A DNA stretch of 59,023 nucleotides from Bdellovibrio sp. (GCA_020723205.1 DYJF01000005.1:1-59023), one strand, 5' to 3'. Counted from the stretch's first letter, positions 9,889-21,400 are shown. The notes: generated by a model from the letters alone, not told the origin. Translations and numbers: made by a program.

Positions 9889-11036
9889 TTTTCGATGAAT
9901 GTCCGCGCCGTTTCCCGCGCCCAGCCGTCGACGCCGAGTATCTCTTCCAACGTCGAACACGGCCCGGCGTCATGGGCCTGAATCGTTCTCTCCACGACTT
10001 TCGCTATCGAAACGAACGGGATCTTTCCGGCAAGGAACGCCGCGACCGCGATCTCGTTCGCCGCGTTCAGAACGACAGGGACCGAGCGCCCGGCCTTGAG
10101 CGCGTCGTAGGCGAGCTTGAGACACGGGAACTTCGCCATGTCCGGCGCCTCGAACGTGAGCTCACCGATCTTTTCAAGCTTCAACCCCGCGATGTTCGTC
10201 TCGACCCTCTGCGGATACGACAGCGCGTAGGCGATCGGCGCGCGCATGTCGGGCATACCCATCTGCGCCATCACGCAGCCGTCCCTATATTCCACCATGG
10301 AATGGACTATGCTCTGGGGATGTATGAGAACGTCTATCCTGTCGTGGCCGATGTCGAAGAGCCACCTGGCCTCTATCACCTCGAGCCCCTTGTTCATCAT
10401 TGTAGCCGAATCTATCGTGATCTTTGCGCCCATCGACCAGCGCGGATGCTTGAGGGCGTCCGATATCGTCACACGTTCAAGGTCCGCTGCGGAGTATTTG
10501 AGGAACGGGCCGCCCGACGCCGTGAGTATGATGCGCGAGACGTCGCCTCTGCGGTGACCCGTAAGCGACTGAAAGATCGCGCTGTGCTCGCTGTCGACGG
10601 GCAATATAGCCGCGTCGTGTTTCTTCGCAAGCTCGGTGACCAAAGCGCCGGCTATCACCATCGTTTCCTTATTGGCGAGCGCGATGTCCTTGCCGCGCCT
10701 TATCGCTTCGATCGTCGGTTTCAGGCCGGCCGCGCCGACGATAGCAGAGACCACCGTGTCGACGTCCGGCATAGAGGCAACCTCCGCAGCGCCTTCAATC
10801 CCCCACACGATCTCGGGCATCTTCCCCTTGAGAAGCGACCTGAGCTCTTTAGCGGAAGATTCGTCGCGGACCGAGACAAGTTTCGGGGAAAAGCGCTCTA
10901 TCTGCTTCGCCAAAAGGTTCACATCATGCCCCTCGGCGAGCCCGGCTATCTCGAACCTGTCCGGATGCAGCGCTATTATCTCGATCGCGCTCGTCCCTAT
11001 CGAACCCGTGCTTCCCAGTATGCTGATACGTTTCAT
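9885..11036 (-). CDS. dxr: 1-deoxy-D-xylulose-5-phosphate reductoisomerase
   Basis: [47 protein letters not shown]. Confidence 0.98.
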   Translation of the reverse strand: MKRISILGSTGSIGTSAIEIIALHPDRFEIAGLAEGHDVNLLAKQIERFSPKLVSVRDESSAKELRSLLKGKMPEIVWGIEGAAEVASMPDVDTVVSAIVGAAGLKPTIEAIRRGKDIALANKETMVIAGALVTELAKKHDAAILPVDSEHSAIFQSLTGHRRGDVSRIILTASGGPFLKYSAADLERVTISDALKHPRWSMGAKITIDSATMMNKGLEVIEARWLFDIGHDRIDVLIHPQSIVHSMVEYRDGCVMAQMGMPDMRAPIAYALSYPQRVETNIAGLKLEKIGELTFEAPDMAKFPCLKLAYDALKAGRSVPVVLNAANEIAVAAFLAGKIPFVSIAKVVERTIQAHDAGPCSTLEEILGVDGWARETARTFIEK

Positions 11037-11040
11037 ATTT

Positions 11041-11838
11041 TTAAACCTGCATTACATATCTGGCGTATAAATAAACAAACGGACCGGTGAATGTGAGAGC
11101 GTCGAGCCGGTCCAGAAGCCCGCCGTGGCCGGGGATGATGGTCCCCGAGTCCTTAACGCCGGCGCTTCTTTTCATCATGGATTCGATAAGGTCCCCCATC
11201 GGCGAGAGGACCCATATGACGAGCGCGATGACCAGCACATGGACCCACGGTACGAAGCGCGGCACAAGCGCCCATACCAAAAAGGCGCCACCGACGCTTC
11301 CCGCAAGCGCGCCGATAAAGCCCTCCACCGTCTTGTTAGGGCTGACCACGGGCGCCAACTTCCGGTGCCCGAAGGCCTTCCCCGCGAGGAACGCGAACGT
11401 ATCGCATAGACATGACGGGGCGATCGTAAGCATCACAAGAGAGCGGCCGAACTCGATGTTGCGAAGCCAGCTCCACATGGAAAGGGCCGCCGCAAGATAA
11501 ACGATGCCCAGAACGGAAACGGCGATCTTCCCTGCGACGCCGCCCATTTCCTTCGCGCGCCACATGTGGAAGCAGCACAGCGCAAAGACCGCTCCGACAA
11601 GCGCGACTGTCGCGGCCGCGCTCTCCGGCGCGAGAAATATCATCACGGCGCCGACCGCGGAACCGGCTATGATGAGGGCCAGCCGCTCGGCTTCATCGCT
11701 CAAGAGCATTCGGCCGAACTCGTAAAGACTGCCCGTCACCGCCGCCATGACGACCAGATCGAACACGCGGGCGGGCAGCCACCATATTCCGGCCACCGCC
11801 GCAAGTCCCAAAACTATTGCCATGACGACGCGTATCAT
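11041..11838 (-). CDS. cdsA: Phosphatidate cytidylyltransferase
   Basis: [38 protein letters not shown]. Confidence 0.95.
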   Translation of the reverse strand: MIRVVMAIVLGLAAVAGIWWLPARVFDLVVMAAVTGSLYEFGRMLLSDEAERLALIIAGSAVGAVMIFLAPESAAATVALVGAVFALCCFHMWRAKEMGGVAGKIAVSVLGIVYLAAALSMWSWLRNIEFGRSLVMLTIAPSCLCDTFAFLAGKAFGHRKLAPVVSPNKTVEGFIGALAGSVGGAFLVWALVPRFVPWVHVLVIALVIWVLSPMGDLIESMMKRSAGVKDSGTIIPGHGGLLDRLDALTFTGPFVYLYARYVMQV

Positions 11839-12539
11839 TTTATCTGCTCACTTATCATTCCGAAGCGTCTTTCGCGGCCCTGATACTCATCGATCGCCTT
11901 CGTCAGCTCGATCTTGTCGAAATCGGGCCATAATGTGTTCGTGAAATAGAACTCGGCGTAGGCCAGCTGCCACAAGAGGAAATTGCTGATGCGATATTCG
12001 CCGCTCGTGCGGATGAGAAGATCGGGATCTGGGATGCCCGCCGTGAAGAGCGCCTTCGAGAACATCTCCGGCGTTATATCCCTGACGCCGTCGGAGGCCA
12101 GTTTAGAAGCTGCCCGGCATATCTCCTGACGAGCGCCGTAAGAGAGCGCGACGATCAGGGTCGTCCGCGCGCAGTCCTTCGTTGCCTCGGCCGTCGTTCT
12201 GATCTCATTTTGCAGATCGGCGGAAAGCGTCGAGATGTCGCCTATCGCCGTGAACCTGATCCCCTCCTTCACCATCTTTTCGCGCTTGGATGCAAGGTAG
12301 TGGCGCAAAAGCAGCATCAACGCGCTCACCTCTTCGCTCGGGCGGTTCCAGTTCTCCTCGGAAAACGCGTAAAGGGTGAGATACCGGATCCCCATGTCGG
12401 CCGCCGTTTCGACTATCCTTTCGATCGCTTCAGCGCCGCGCATGTGGCCTTCAGAACGGGGCAGGCCGCGCTCCTTGGCCCAACGGCCGTTGCCGTCCAT
12501 AATTATCGCTATGTGACAGGGTAAACGATCTTTGTTCAT
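11835..12539 (-). CDS. uppS: Undecaprenyl diphosphate synthase
   Basis: HIAIIMDGNGRWA, FSEENWNRP, DLLIRTSGEYRISNFLLWQ. Confidence 0.97.
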   Translation of the reverse strand: MNKDRLPCHIAIIMDGNGRWAKERGLPRSEGHMRGAEAIERIVETAADMGIRYLTLYAFSEENWNRPSEEVSALMLLLRHYLASKREKMVKEGIRFTAIGDISTLSADLQNEIRTTAEATKDCARTTLIVALSYGARQEICRAASKLASDGVRDITPEMFSKALFTAGIPDPDLLIRTSGEYRISNFLLWQLAYAEFYFTNTLWPDFDKIELTKAIDEYQGRERRFGMISEQIK

Positions 12540-12547
12540 TGATAGAT

Positions 12548-12629
12548 GACTTGAGACCTTAGACCTGAGACCTAAGACTTAAAACCCTCATTTGGGTCTA
12601 CGGTCTCGGGTCTCGTGTCTTGCGTCTAC
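12548..12629. repeat. Inverted pair of 7-bp tandem arrays (nnAGACy / rGTCTnn)
   Basis: tgagacc ttagacc tgagacc taagact ... ggtctac ggtctcg ggtctcg tgtcttg cgtcta. Confidence 0.8.
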
Positions 12630-13183
12630 ACCTCCATTATATCCTTTTCTTTGTGCGTGGCCGTTTCGTCGATGAGCTTGATGAAATCGTCGGTGAGCTT
12701 TTGGACCTGCGTTTCACCTTTCTTGAGATCATCTTCCGTGATCTTGCTGTCGCCCTTGAGCTTCTTTAAGCCATCCACCGCTTCGCGCCGCGCGTTCCTT
12801 ATCGAGACCTTGCACTCCTCGCCGTGCTTCTTGACCACCTTGACGAGCTCTTTTCTCCGATCCTCGTTGAGCGGCGGTATGGGCAATCTCACGACGCGAC
12901 CGTCGTTAACCGGATTGAGTCCCAGATCGGACTTCTGTATCGCCTTTTCTATCGCGCCAAGGGCCGACTGGTCCCACGGCTGGATGACTATGGTCCTCGC
13001 ATCCGGCGTGCCGAGCGACGCCATCTGGTTCAAAGGCGTCGGGTTCCCGTAGTACTCGGCCTTTATGCCGTCCAGTATGGAAAGCGACGCGCGGCCGGTG
13101 CGAAGTTTAGACAGTTCGTGCCTGTAGGCATCCACTGCCTTCTGCATGCGAAGTTTCGTCTCGTCATATACCTTTGTGTCCAT
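12626..13183 (-). CDS. frr: Ribosome recycling factor
   Basis: LRTGRAS, YYGNPTPLNQMA, PPLNEDRRKELVK. Confidence 0.97.
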   Translation of the reverse strand: MDTKVYDETKLRMQKAVDAYRHELSKLRTGRASLSILDGIKAEYYGNPTPLNQMASLGTPDARTIVIQPWDQSALGAIEKAIQKSDLGLNPVNDGRVVRLPIPPLNEDRRKELVKVVKKHGEECKVSIRNARREAVDGLKKLKGDSKITEDDLKKGETQVQKLTDDFIKLIDETATHKEKDIMEV

Positions 13184-13895
13184 AGACCACCGTTCCTATC
13201 TCTTCTCCCATCGCAACCTTCTCGAGATTTCCCTTTTCGAATATGTTGAAGACCACGATGGGAATGTTGTTGTCGCGACACATAGAGATCGAAGTCGAAT
13301 CCATGACCTTGAGCTGTCGTGCAAGGACCTCGTCGAACGTCAGCTTGTCGAAGCGTTTTGCGCCGGGGTTCTTCACCGGATCGCTGTCGTAGACGCCGTC
13401 GACCTTGGTGCCTTTGAATATGACCTCCGCGCCGAGCTCCACCGCGCGCAGGGAAGAAGCAGTGTCGGTGGAAAAATACGGATGGCCGGTGCCGCCGGTC
13501 AGTATCAGGACGTTGCCCGCCTTCCAGTAACCGTCGGCGACCTGCGGGATGAAAAGCTCCGCGACGGTCGCAATCTCGATCGCGGTCATGTGGCGCTGCT
13601 GCACGCCCCTCCTCTCGAACGCCTCCTGAAGGGCCAGGCCGTTTATCACTGTGGCGAGCATGCCCATCGTATCGGCGCGCACGCGGTTCATTCCGCCCGC
13701 CTCCGCGGCGCTTCCTCTGAAGATGTTGCCGCCGCCGATAACGATCGCGACCGAGACCCCCATATCGCAAATCGTCTTGATCTCTTCCGCTATCCATTCT
13801 GCGGCATTCACACCGATTCCGTACTTCGCCCCTTCGGGAAGAAGCGTCTCCCCCGAGAGCTTCAAAAGGATGCGTTTGTATTTCGGTTTGGACAT
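13164..13895 (-). CDS. pyrH: Uridylate kinase
   Basis: KRILLKLSGE, GGGNIFRG, FSTDT, VDGVYDSDP. Confidence 0.97.
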   Translation of the reverse strand: MSKPKYKRILLKLSGETLLPEGAKYGIGVNAAEWIAEEIKTICDMGVSVAIVIGGGNIFRGSAAEAGGMNRVRADTMGMLATVINGLALQEAFERRGVQQRHMTAIEIATVAELFIPQVADGYWKAGNVLILTGGTGHPYFSTDTASSLRAVELGAEVIFKGTKVDGVYDSDPVKNPGAKRFDKLTFDEVLARQLKVMDSTSISMCRDNNIPIVVFNIFEKGNLEKVAMGEEIGTVVYGHKGI

Positions 13896-14765
13896 TTACA
13901 CTTTCTTTTCGATCCCCTCTCCCACCTGATATCTCACGAACTTCTCGATCTTGATATTGGGATCTATCTTTGCCAAGGCCTTTGCGACCGTGAGCTTTCC
14001 CTCCGGGTCGCGCACGAAAAGCTGGTCCTCAAGACAGACCTCGGAATAATATTTCGTCAACTTGCCGCTCACGATCTTTTCGAGTATCTCCGGCGGCTTC
14101 TTTTCCTTGGCCAACTGCGACAACAGTATCTCGCGCTCCTTCGCGATGACCGACTCCGGAACGTCCTCTTTTCTGACGTATTGCGGGCTCATCGCTGCGA
14201 TGTGCATCGCCACCTCGCGACCCTCGGCATCGGCCAGTTTCGACTGCGGGTCCGCGAAGCTCACCATGACGCCTATCTTGCTTCCGGCGTGGATGTACTG
14301 CGCGATCTTGCTGTTCTTGCCGTCGGCTTCCCACCTGACGAAGCGCCTGACGCCCAGTTTTTCGCGGATCTTGGCAACGAGGTTCGTCTCCAGTTCGCGG
14401 ATGGTAGTGCCGTCGTGGTTCACGTTAAAAAGCGCGTCCATGTCCTTAGGGCCCTTTTCGCGGACGATGTTCGTGAGCGTCTTCACGTAGTTCTGAAAAT
14501 CGGGCGTCTTGACGACGAAGTCGGTCTCGCAGTTCACTTCGACCAGCACGCCCATCTTGCCGTCGCTCGCGAAATAATGGCCGATCGTCCCGTCCGCCGC
14601 CACGCGCCCTGATTTTTTCTCCGCCGTCGCTATTCCCCACTTCCTAAGCAGCTCGGTGGCTTTTTCCATGTTGCCGGCGGTCTCGCCCAGCGCCTTTTTG
14701 CAATCCATCATGCCTGCGCCCGTCTTTTCCCGCAGGTTCTTCACTTGTTCCGGTGTGATGCTCAT
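13896..14765 (-). CDS. tsf: Elongation factor Ts
   Basis: LREKTGAGMMDCKKAL, EVNCETDFV. Confidence 0.98.
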   Translation of the reverse strand: MSITPEQVKNLREKTGAGMMDCKKALGETAGNMEKATELLRKWGIATAEKKSGRVAADGTIGHYFASDGKMGVLVEVNCETDFVVKTPDFQNYVKTLTNIVREKGPKDMDALFNVNHDGTTIRELETNLVAKIREKLGVRRFVRWEADGKNSKIAQYIHAGSKIGVMVSFADPQSKLADAEGREVAMHIAAMSPQYVRKEDVPESVIAKEREILLSQLAKEKKPPEILEKIVSGKLTKYYSEVCLEDQLFVRDPEGKLTVAKALAKIDPNIKIEKFVRYQVGEGIEKKV

Positions 14766-15662
14766 TTATTTCGTCTCCTTTTCCGCCGTCTTTTCTTCCA
14801 CCTTGACCTTTGCGAACTCCTTTATCTCCGCCTCGGAGGTCGCTTTTTCCACTTCGCCCTTCTTGCCCCCGACGTACGCGCGGCCCTTCGCTCCTATCTT
14901 TCTCTCACGGACGACCGGCCTCGCCTCGCCCCTTTCCTTGTCGACCTTCGCCTGCTGCTCGCGCAGCGCCGCTTCGCGCCTTAATGCGCCGTCGGCGCAA
15001 GCGTCGGCTATCATCTTCGTAAAGTACTCTATCGATCGAAGAGCGTCGTCGTTGCCGACTATGATGTAATCGATCCCGTCCGGATTTGCGTTCGTGTCCG
15101 CGAGCGCCACAACGGGGATCTTAAGCTTGATCGCCTCCAGTCGCGCGATGTTCTCTTCGGTGGGATCCACAAGAAAGACGGCTCCCGGCAGGCGCCCCAT
15201 CGTCCTGATGCCGCCGAGCGATTTTTCGTATTTCACGATCTGACGCTCTATCTGGAGCTGCTCCTTCTTCGGGAGCTTTTCCAGCTCGCCCTTGTCGCGG
15301 CGCGAGCAGAGGTTCTCAAGACGGTCGATGGACTGTTTGATGGTCTTGAAATTGGTGAGCATGCCGCCAAGCCAGCGGTTCGTAACGTAGTGCTGCTTTG
15401 CGCGCTGCGCCTCGGCGGTGATGACGTCCGCTGCCTGTTTCTTCGTTCCTACGAAAAGCACGGCCTGTCCCAAGGCGACCGTATCGGCTATGAACTTGCA
15501 GGCCTTGAGGGTCTGTTCAGCCGTCTGCGCCAGATCTATGATGTGAACCCCGTCGCGCTCCGTATAAATGTAAGAACGCATCTTGGGGTTCCATTTTCTC
15601 GTCTGATGTCCGAAATGGGCCCCTGCTTCCAGCATCTGCTTCACGTCAACATCAACCGGCAT
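14766..15662 (-). CDS. rpsB: 30S ribosomal protein S2
   Basis: LEAGAHFGHQTRKWNPKM, RWLGGMLTN, GNDDA. Confidence 0.98.
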   Translation of the reverse strand: MPVDVDVKQMLEAGAHFGHQTRKWNPKMRSYIYTERDGVHIIDLAQTAEQTLKACKFIADTVALGQAVLFVGTKKQAADVITAEAQRAKQHYVTNRWLGGMLTNFKTIKQSIDRLENLCSRRDKGELEKLPKKEQLQIERQIVKYEKSLGGIRTMGRLPGAVFLVDPTEENIARLEAIKLKIPVVALADTNANPDGIDYIIVGNDDALRSIEYFTKMIADACADGALRREAALREQQAKVDKERGEARPVVRERKIGAKGRAYVGGKKGEVEKATSEAEIKEFAKVKVEEKTAEKETK

Positions 15663-15786
15663 AAATATCTCCTCCTTTTAAATTTGACCATCCACCGCAA
15701 AGGGAAACCCTTTGTATTCACAGGGGAATCCCCGCGAAAAATGTTGCAGTCCCTTAGCATGGGGTTGTATATTATGCAATATGAAT

Positions 15787-15821
15787 TTAGACTCCAGACC
15801 CAAGACTCGAGACACGAGACA
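15787..15821. repeat. 7-bp tandem array (nnAGACn x5)
   Basis: ttagact ccagacc caagact cgagaca cgagaca. Confidence 0.7.
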
Positions 15822-15825
15822 TTTT

Positions 15826-16611
15826 ATGGAAACTATGAGAACATTTGGAGCCATAAAATCGCGTAACTTACCGACTTTGCTGGTTTTGCTGGCCATTTTT
15901 ATTTCTTCGGCATCTCCTGTCTTCGCCGGGGACTATGAACTTTATGTGAAGTCGGGACACAAGGCGACCGCATGGGACGGGATGGTAAAGGCGGGCTTCA
16001 CCTCCTTTGACAGCGGCGATTACCAAACAGGGCTGGTCTTTCTGAACAAGGCCTATGCGCTGGGCTGCCGCGACGGACTGCTTCTTTTCAAACTGGGGCT
16101 CTATTACGAGACGCAGAAGAACTACAAAGAGGCGGAAAGATATCTGAAGGAGGCGGAGCCGAATCTCAAAAAACAGTACGCCGACCACAGGGAAACCAAG
16201 AGCATACACGAGCATCTGGCGCGCATCTATTACCAGTCGGACAGATTCGACCGCGCCCTGCCAGAGATCGAAGAGGCGCTCAAGGTGACGCCTGACAACT
16301 TCATGCTCCTTTTCATGTCCGCGCAGATATACCGCCTGCAGAAGGACTATCCGCAGGCGATAGCCAACTTCGAAAAAGCGCTTGTCGTGCCGATGCCGCC
16401 CGGCCTCAAACCAGACCCCAAGAAGGCCGTTTATTCCGAGCTAATGACCCTCTACTACGAGCTGAGGGATTTTGCGAACTGCCTGAAATACGCCGAGATG
16501 GTCTTAACTGTCGCGCCGAACGACCGCGCCGCCTTATCCTACCGCCAGCAGATCCAGACGATGCAGTACAAGCAAAGAGAGCAGGAAGCGATAAAGAAGA
16601 TCGTACAATAA
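15826..16611 (+). CDS. Secreted TPR-repeat protein
   Basis: Signal peptide ending PVFA; several TPR-like repeats (LGLYY..QKNYKEAE.YL; LARIYY..DRFDRA..IEEALK.TP). Start uncertain (ATG 15826 or later). Confidence 0.8.
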   Translation: METMRTFGAIKSRNLPTLLVLLAIFISSASPVFAGDYELYVKSGHKATAWDGMVKAGFTSFDSGDYQTGLVFLNKAYALGCRDGLLLFKLGLYYETQKNYKEAERYLKEAEPNLKKQYADHRETKSIHEHLARIYYQSDRFDRALPEIEEALKVTPDNFMLLFMSAQIYRLQKDYPQAIANFEKALVVPMPPGLKPDPKKAVYSELMTLYYELRDFANCLKYAEMVLTVAPNDRAALSYRQQIQTMQYKQREQEAIKKIVQ

Positions 16612-16645
16612 TAAAACCCCGGGCTGCTTTCGCAAACCCGGGGCC
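16610..16645 (-). terminator. Intrinsic terminator, copy 1 of a perfect 36-bp direct repeat
   Basis: aataaaaccccgggctgctttcgcaaacccggggcc; GC stem followed by a U tract on the minus strand; identical to 18289-18324. Confidence 0.85.
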
Positions 16646-16664
16646 ATATCTAATTATATTTGCG

Positions 16665-18125
16665 TTAAGGCGTGCAGATTATTTGTGCAAAATATATGTC
16701 TCCTTCACCATCACGATCATCTGACCAACTTATGCCATATCCTCTGCCTGTCCAAACAAGTGACGGGGTTTTAGATGAAAATTCGTTATTCGTGACCCTA
16801 AGATTTGGTCCCACCAGCGTACCGCTCTCTGAAATACGACCAAAATATATCTCGTTGTTCCACGTTCCACCATCATGATTGTCATCCCAACTTATAGCGT
16901 ATTCACTACCTGTCCAAACAATTGAAGGTCCGTAAGCGTTTTCGAGATAAACTGGACTTGTTTCGGTTAAGCGAATTTCCGCAGCAAGAAGCGCCCCTGA
17001 ATCTGAAAGTCGAGCAAAATAGATTTCACTGTTTGTTCCATCATCTCTGTAATCGACCCAGCTCATTCCATATTCACTTCCCGTCCAAACAAGTGACCCA
17101 TCATTAGATAGGCTCGGAGAGTCTGTAATGCGCGTTACCACACCGGTAATTGACCCTGATGGCGACATTTTCCCAAAATACATTTCACCTGCGTAGGTCC
17201 AGCTCATGCCATACCCACTTTCTGCCCAAACAAGGGAGCTTTCTCCTCCTGCGCCCACTCTTACAACGGACCCGATCAATTCTCCTGATTCAGATATTTG
17301 TCGAAAATTTAGATCGGAAACGGTCCCAGCGTAGTTATCATCTGACCAACTTAGCCCATATTCTGTTCCCGTCCATTCTAGAGATGGAGGATGTGATATG
17401 AACAGCTCATTTGTGATGCGGACATCAGCTCCCAGCGGAACTCCAAGATCTGAAATCCGTTTAAAGTATATCTCATGAGCCAAGACCAGAGGCTCAGTAG
17501 GATCACGTACAGCGTCGCGATCATCCCTCCAAGCTACGCCATATTCATTGCCGTTCCAAACAAGTGAGGGATTCTCAGATACGCTTGGAGCATCTGTAAC
17601 TCGCATCTCTGTATCGTGAGGTGTACCGTCTTCAGAAATTCGTCTGAAATAGATTTCATCATTTCCGCCGTGTGTGTCTTCTTGCCACGCAACAGCATAC
17701 TCGCTCCCATTCCAAACCATTGAAGGATTCAACGAGTACGTAGCAGGAGAGTTGCTCACACGAATATCCGGCCCGACCTTGAAGCAACCACTCGGAGGGA
17801 TTTCAGAGTCCGGCATATCAGCTATATCGTCAAAACCATCAGTGGAATCTCCGTTCGAATCCTCCCATGTATCTTCAACCGGAGAACTTCCACCACATCC
17901 TGCGCCAAATAACATCAGCGGCTACCCTAAGACCGTGACAGGCAATCTGATCGGCTCCTCCGCATAATAGTCCCAAACATACTCTGCGTTCTCTAGAACG
18001 CTAGAACCCACCGATACTGCTGCATCTGCAACAGCGGTTAAAGCTTCTGTTACCGATCCAAGATTGTCGGGCAAATGATTTAAACTGATATCATATCCCA
18101 ATACTTCAAATCCTCCTGACAACAT
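16665..18125 (-). pseudogene. Seven-repeat beta-propeller (lipo)protein interrupted by one in-frame TAG at 17922-17924
   Basis: The 67-aa and 416-aa ORFs are in the same frame (...PVTVLG*PLMLFGAGCGG...). Seven PSLVWxGxEYGxxW..EIYF.RIS..G repeats. AGGAGG RBS precedes 18125. Region is visibly AT-richer than its flanks. Confidence 0.7.
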
Positions 18126-18172
18126 ATTTCCTCCTATTCCTATTGATTATTTTTCCTCTCTACCTCTACCGA

Positions 18173-18200
18173 TTCTTCGACTGTTTAAAAAATATGTTGC
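18173..18200 (-). promoter_or_regulatory. Shared motif copy 1: GCAAC-N15-TCGAAGAA
   Basis: Same spacing as copies at 23603, 28558 and 55072; upstream of the propeller gene. Confidence 0.65.
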
Positions 18201-18288
18201 TATCTTTATCTGACAATTTTAACAACGTGAATCAAATTCCGCGTCCAACTATAACCTATCGTTTTATTTAAGTATTTCTTACATCCAA

Positions 18289-18324
18289 AATAAAACCCCG
18301 GGCTGCTTTCGCAAACCCGGGGCC
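18289..18324 (-). terminator. Intrinsic terminator, copy 2 of the 36-bp direct repeat
   Basis: Identical to 16610-16645; downstream of the 1324-aa gene. Confidence 0.85.
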
Positions 18325-18347
18325 TCTGGGGGAGTCACTCTATTTTC

Positions 18348-18421
18348 GCCCCTCCTTTGTAAGGAGGGGTCAGGGGAGGTAGATATCTACCCCACCTTTC
18401 CTCCCCTTACAAAGGGGAGGA
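18348..18421. repeat. REP-like palindrome doublet (CCCCTCCTTnnnAAGGAGGGG family)
   Basis: cccctcctttgtaaggaggggtcaggggaggtaga...tctaccccacctttcctccccttacaaaggggagg; related copies at 30851 and 48368. Confidence 0.75.
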
Positions 18422-18431
18422 ATCATTTCCC

Positions 18432-21400
18432 TCACCTCTTTCTCAAGCAGCGGGATACCGCCCTGTTCACGATCAGGAGAAGTCCCATCAGGTAGATCAT
18501 GGAGGTCGGTGCCGCGTTCGTCCCTGCGACCGTCATGCAACCCTCGCGTCCGCTGGTGGCCGCGCCGATGTTGGCCGAGGGGTTGAAGAACCCGCCGTCG
18601 GTCATTTCATCGTAATCGGGTATGCCGTCGAAGTCGGAGTCGGGCAACTTGGGATCGGTCTCCATCCAACGCCCTTCCACGTCGCGATCGCGCACGCCGT
18701 TGCAGTTCAAGTCTTCGCCGATCCCGCCGATCTGGCCGTCATAGAGGCCGTCGCCGTCGGTGTCGGAGGAGAGCGCGTTCGTTTCGGAGCCGGCGTTGTA
18801 GTCGCCGTTGAGGTTCGAGTCTTCAAGACCGTCGGTGATGCAGTCGCCGTCGGTGTCGTCGTTAGTGGGATCCGTTCCGTAGCGGACCTCGAACCCGTCG
18901 TTCAAGGAGTCGCTGTCCGTATCTGCGGAGAGCGGGTTGGATTCGTGCGACGACTCATCATATATACCGTCGTGGTCGACGTCTTCCTCCCCGTCCTTGA
19001 GCCCGTCGTCATCCGTGTCCGGATTTCTGGGATCCGTGCCGAGGCGGCGCTCCTGAACGTCAGCCAGCCCGTCGCGGTCGGAATCGGCTCCGACCCCGCC
19101 CGCCCCGCAATTGGCCTCGTCGGAGTAGATCGCGTTGAGAGGACAGTAGTCATCCATATCGCCGACGCTGTCGCCGTCCGAGTCGGCCATACAGGGGTTC
19201 GAATCGTTATAAGTGACGACGCCGTTGTACTCGTCTTTGTCGGCAAGGCCGTCGTTGTCGGAGTCCGCCGACGTCGGATCGGAGATGAGGTCGATGCCGC
19301 CCGTGGAGAAGGCATCCAGTTGGGCTATGAGGTCGATGAAGTTGACCGGCACCGTATCGCCGACGATCAAGCTACCCTGAACCTCGATGCCGTCCTGCAG
19401 CGTGTCGCCGTCAGTGTCGGGATTCACCGGGTCCGTATCGAACGTCGCGATATCGGGGCAACCTTCCGCGCCGTGCGAGCCCACCGCGAGGGTGATCGTG
19501 CCGTCGTTGTTGCGGTCCTCGGCCTTGTCGCCCAAGGTGTCGTGATCCGTATCGGCATCCGACGGGTTGGTGGCGATCGGCCAGCCGAATATCTCGTCCT
19601 TATCGGCCACGCCGTCCGTGTCGGAATCCCTCGAAAGGCCATTCGACTCGGTGACGCCGATACCGGCCACGTTGATGACAATGTGGTCGTACTGGCCGTT
19701 CATGTCCTTGTCTTCCACGCAGTCGCGGACAGAGTCGCCGTCGCGATCGAGGAAACAGGAGATTATCTTCTGCGTTTGATAGACGAGCACCGGATCGCAG
19801 CTGTATGCCGTGCGGCCTTCCACGAACTTATCGGATGCGCCGTAGGTCACGGGGCAGACGTCGCTGTCGATCTCGCCCCTCCAGCCGTCCTTCGCGCCGT
19901 CGCCGTCGGTGTCGTCGCTCGCGGCGTTCAGCTTGGTCGTCGTGTCGATGCTGCACGTGCTGTTCGGCGCCTCGACGCAGTTCGGGATACCGTCATGGTC
20001 CAAGTCACCGAAGCAGATCGTGTTGATCTCTTCCCATGACCTGTACTGCGGTCTTCCGTCGGTGCCCATTATGAGGTGCCCTTCGGCATCGGTCTTATAG
20101 TATGCAAGGATGTATTCGCCTTCCTTCTTGAGCGAGTGAGGCGCACGCTCTCCCAGCTCTTCGAAGTCAACGTAGTCGGGATTGACGCCGTAGAGAAGGA
20201 TCGCAGGGCTGCAGGGCAGCGCCGCGCAGGTGTTCGTATCGTCGGCAACCGTCGGGCAGTGGTCCGGATCCGCTACAGTGGCGCATCCGGTCGTTCCGCC
20301 GACAGGGTCAACGGAGCCGTCGCCGTCGCAGAATGCGTCGCCGTCCGTATTGACGTTGAGCATATCCGTTTCGAGGTTATCGGTGTCGTATCTGCCGTTG
20401 AAGTTGGCAGGCGACGTCAGCGCGCCGTGGCGGCAGCGCAGTATCTCAAGGTAAGCGCCTTCCCTCGTGGTGTCGCTGTCGGGCAGGACGTCTCCCCACG
20501 CCTGGGGCTCTTCGATTATCTCGCCGGAGGAATTGCGCTTCACATACCAGTAGCCGTAGCTGATGCCCACGTCGCTTACGCCGAGCGTGCACGTCATCAC
20601 GGTCCGCACTCCGCTCGAATCTCTGGTCGTTATCGGATGCTCGTCCTCAAGACCGCGTCCGAACGTATAGAGCGAGCCCTGTGAAACGCCGCCGCCCAAG
20701 GACCTCAAGAGATCGTCATAGTAGAGGTTTCTGTCTTCCTGATAGTCCTTTCGGCCGTCGTTGTCGGAGTCCTTATCGAGCGGGTTGGGATAGTTGTCGT
20801 TATCCTTGTCGGCCTCCGCTCTGTTCACAACCGTCGCGTCGTCGCAAGGCAGGACCGCGTACACGCCGGGGGAAGTTTCCTTCTTCCAGCTGCCGGACGC
20901 GTCCTTACACATCACTTCCTTGCCGCCACTCATCACTGTGCCGTCGGGTATACCGTCGCGATCGCTGTCGGGATGCTGCCAGCACGTCTCATTGGGATCG
21001 CATACGCAGTTTAAGTTCACGTCCTCGTCGTCGTCGAAGAGTCCGTCGTAATCGCTGTCGAAGCCCGGGGCGGGTGCCCTGCGACCGTCGAAGCTGTACA
21101 GACCGTTGTTCGTCTGGCAGGCCGAAACACTCTGGAAGCCGTTCGCCATGCCGCCGTCACCCGGGCCGGACCCGCCTCCTGGGCCTACCGAGCCCAAGTT
21201 TCTGTCCACGCACCATCCTTCAGTGCCGCGAACGCTTGCGGGATCGACCTGCGCGATGCGCAAATACCTCGGCTGTCCCATCCTTCCGCCGGCCCCTTCG
21301 GGCACGAGGGCGACCTCTTCCAGCGCGCCCTTCTTGAAGTAGGCGGAGATGTAGCCCGCGAGTGACGCGCGCGTTCCGAGACCCACGTTCCTCACGTCGT

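Noticed and set aside
9882-11090. 402-aa plus-strand ORF
   Set aside because: Antisense shadow of dxr, with no recognisable motifs; expected in GC-rich coding DNA.
13146-14612. 488-aa plus-strand ORF
   Set aside because: Antisense to pyrH and tsf; a shadow ORF.
15722-15747. Possible fifth GCAAC-T-tract motif upstream of rpsB
   Set aside because: GCAACATTTTT is present, but the position 15 nt downstream reads TCCCC rather than YCGA. More likely part of the rpsB leader.
15755-15782. dif-like TGTATATTATG
   Set aside because: Only the spacer and half of the XerD arm match and there is no XerC arm. It coincides with the probable rpsB -10 region.
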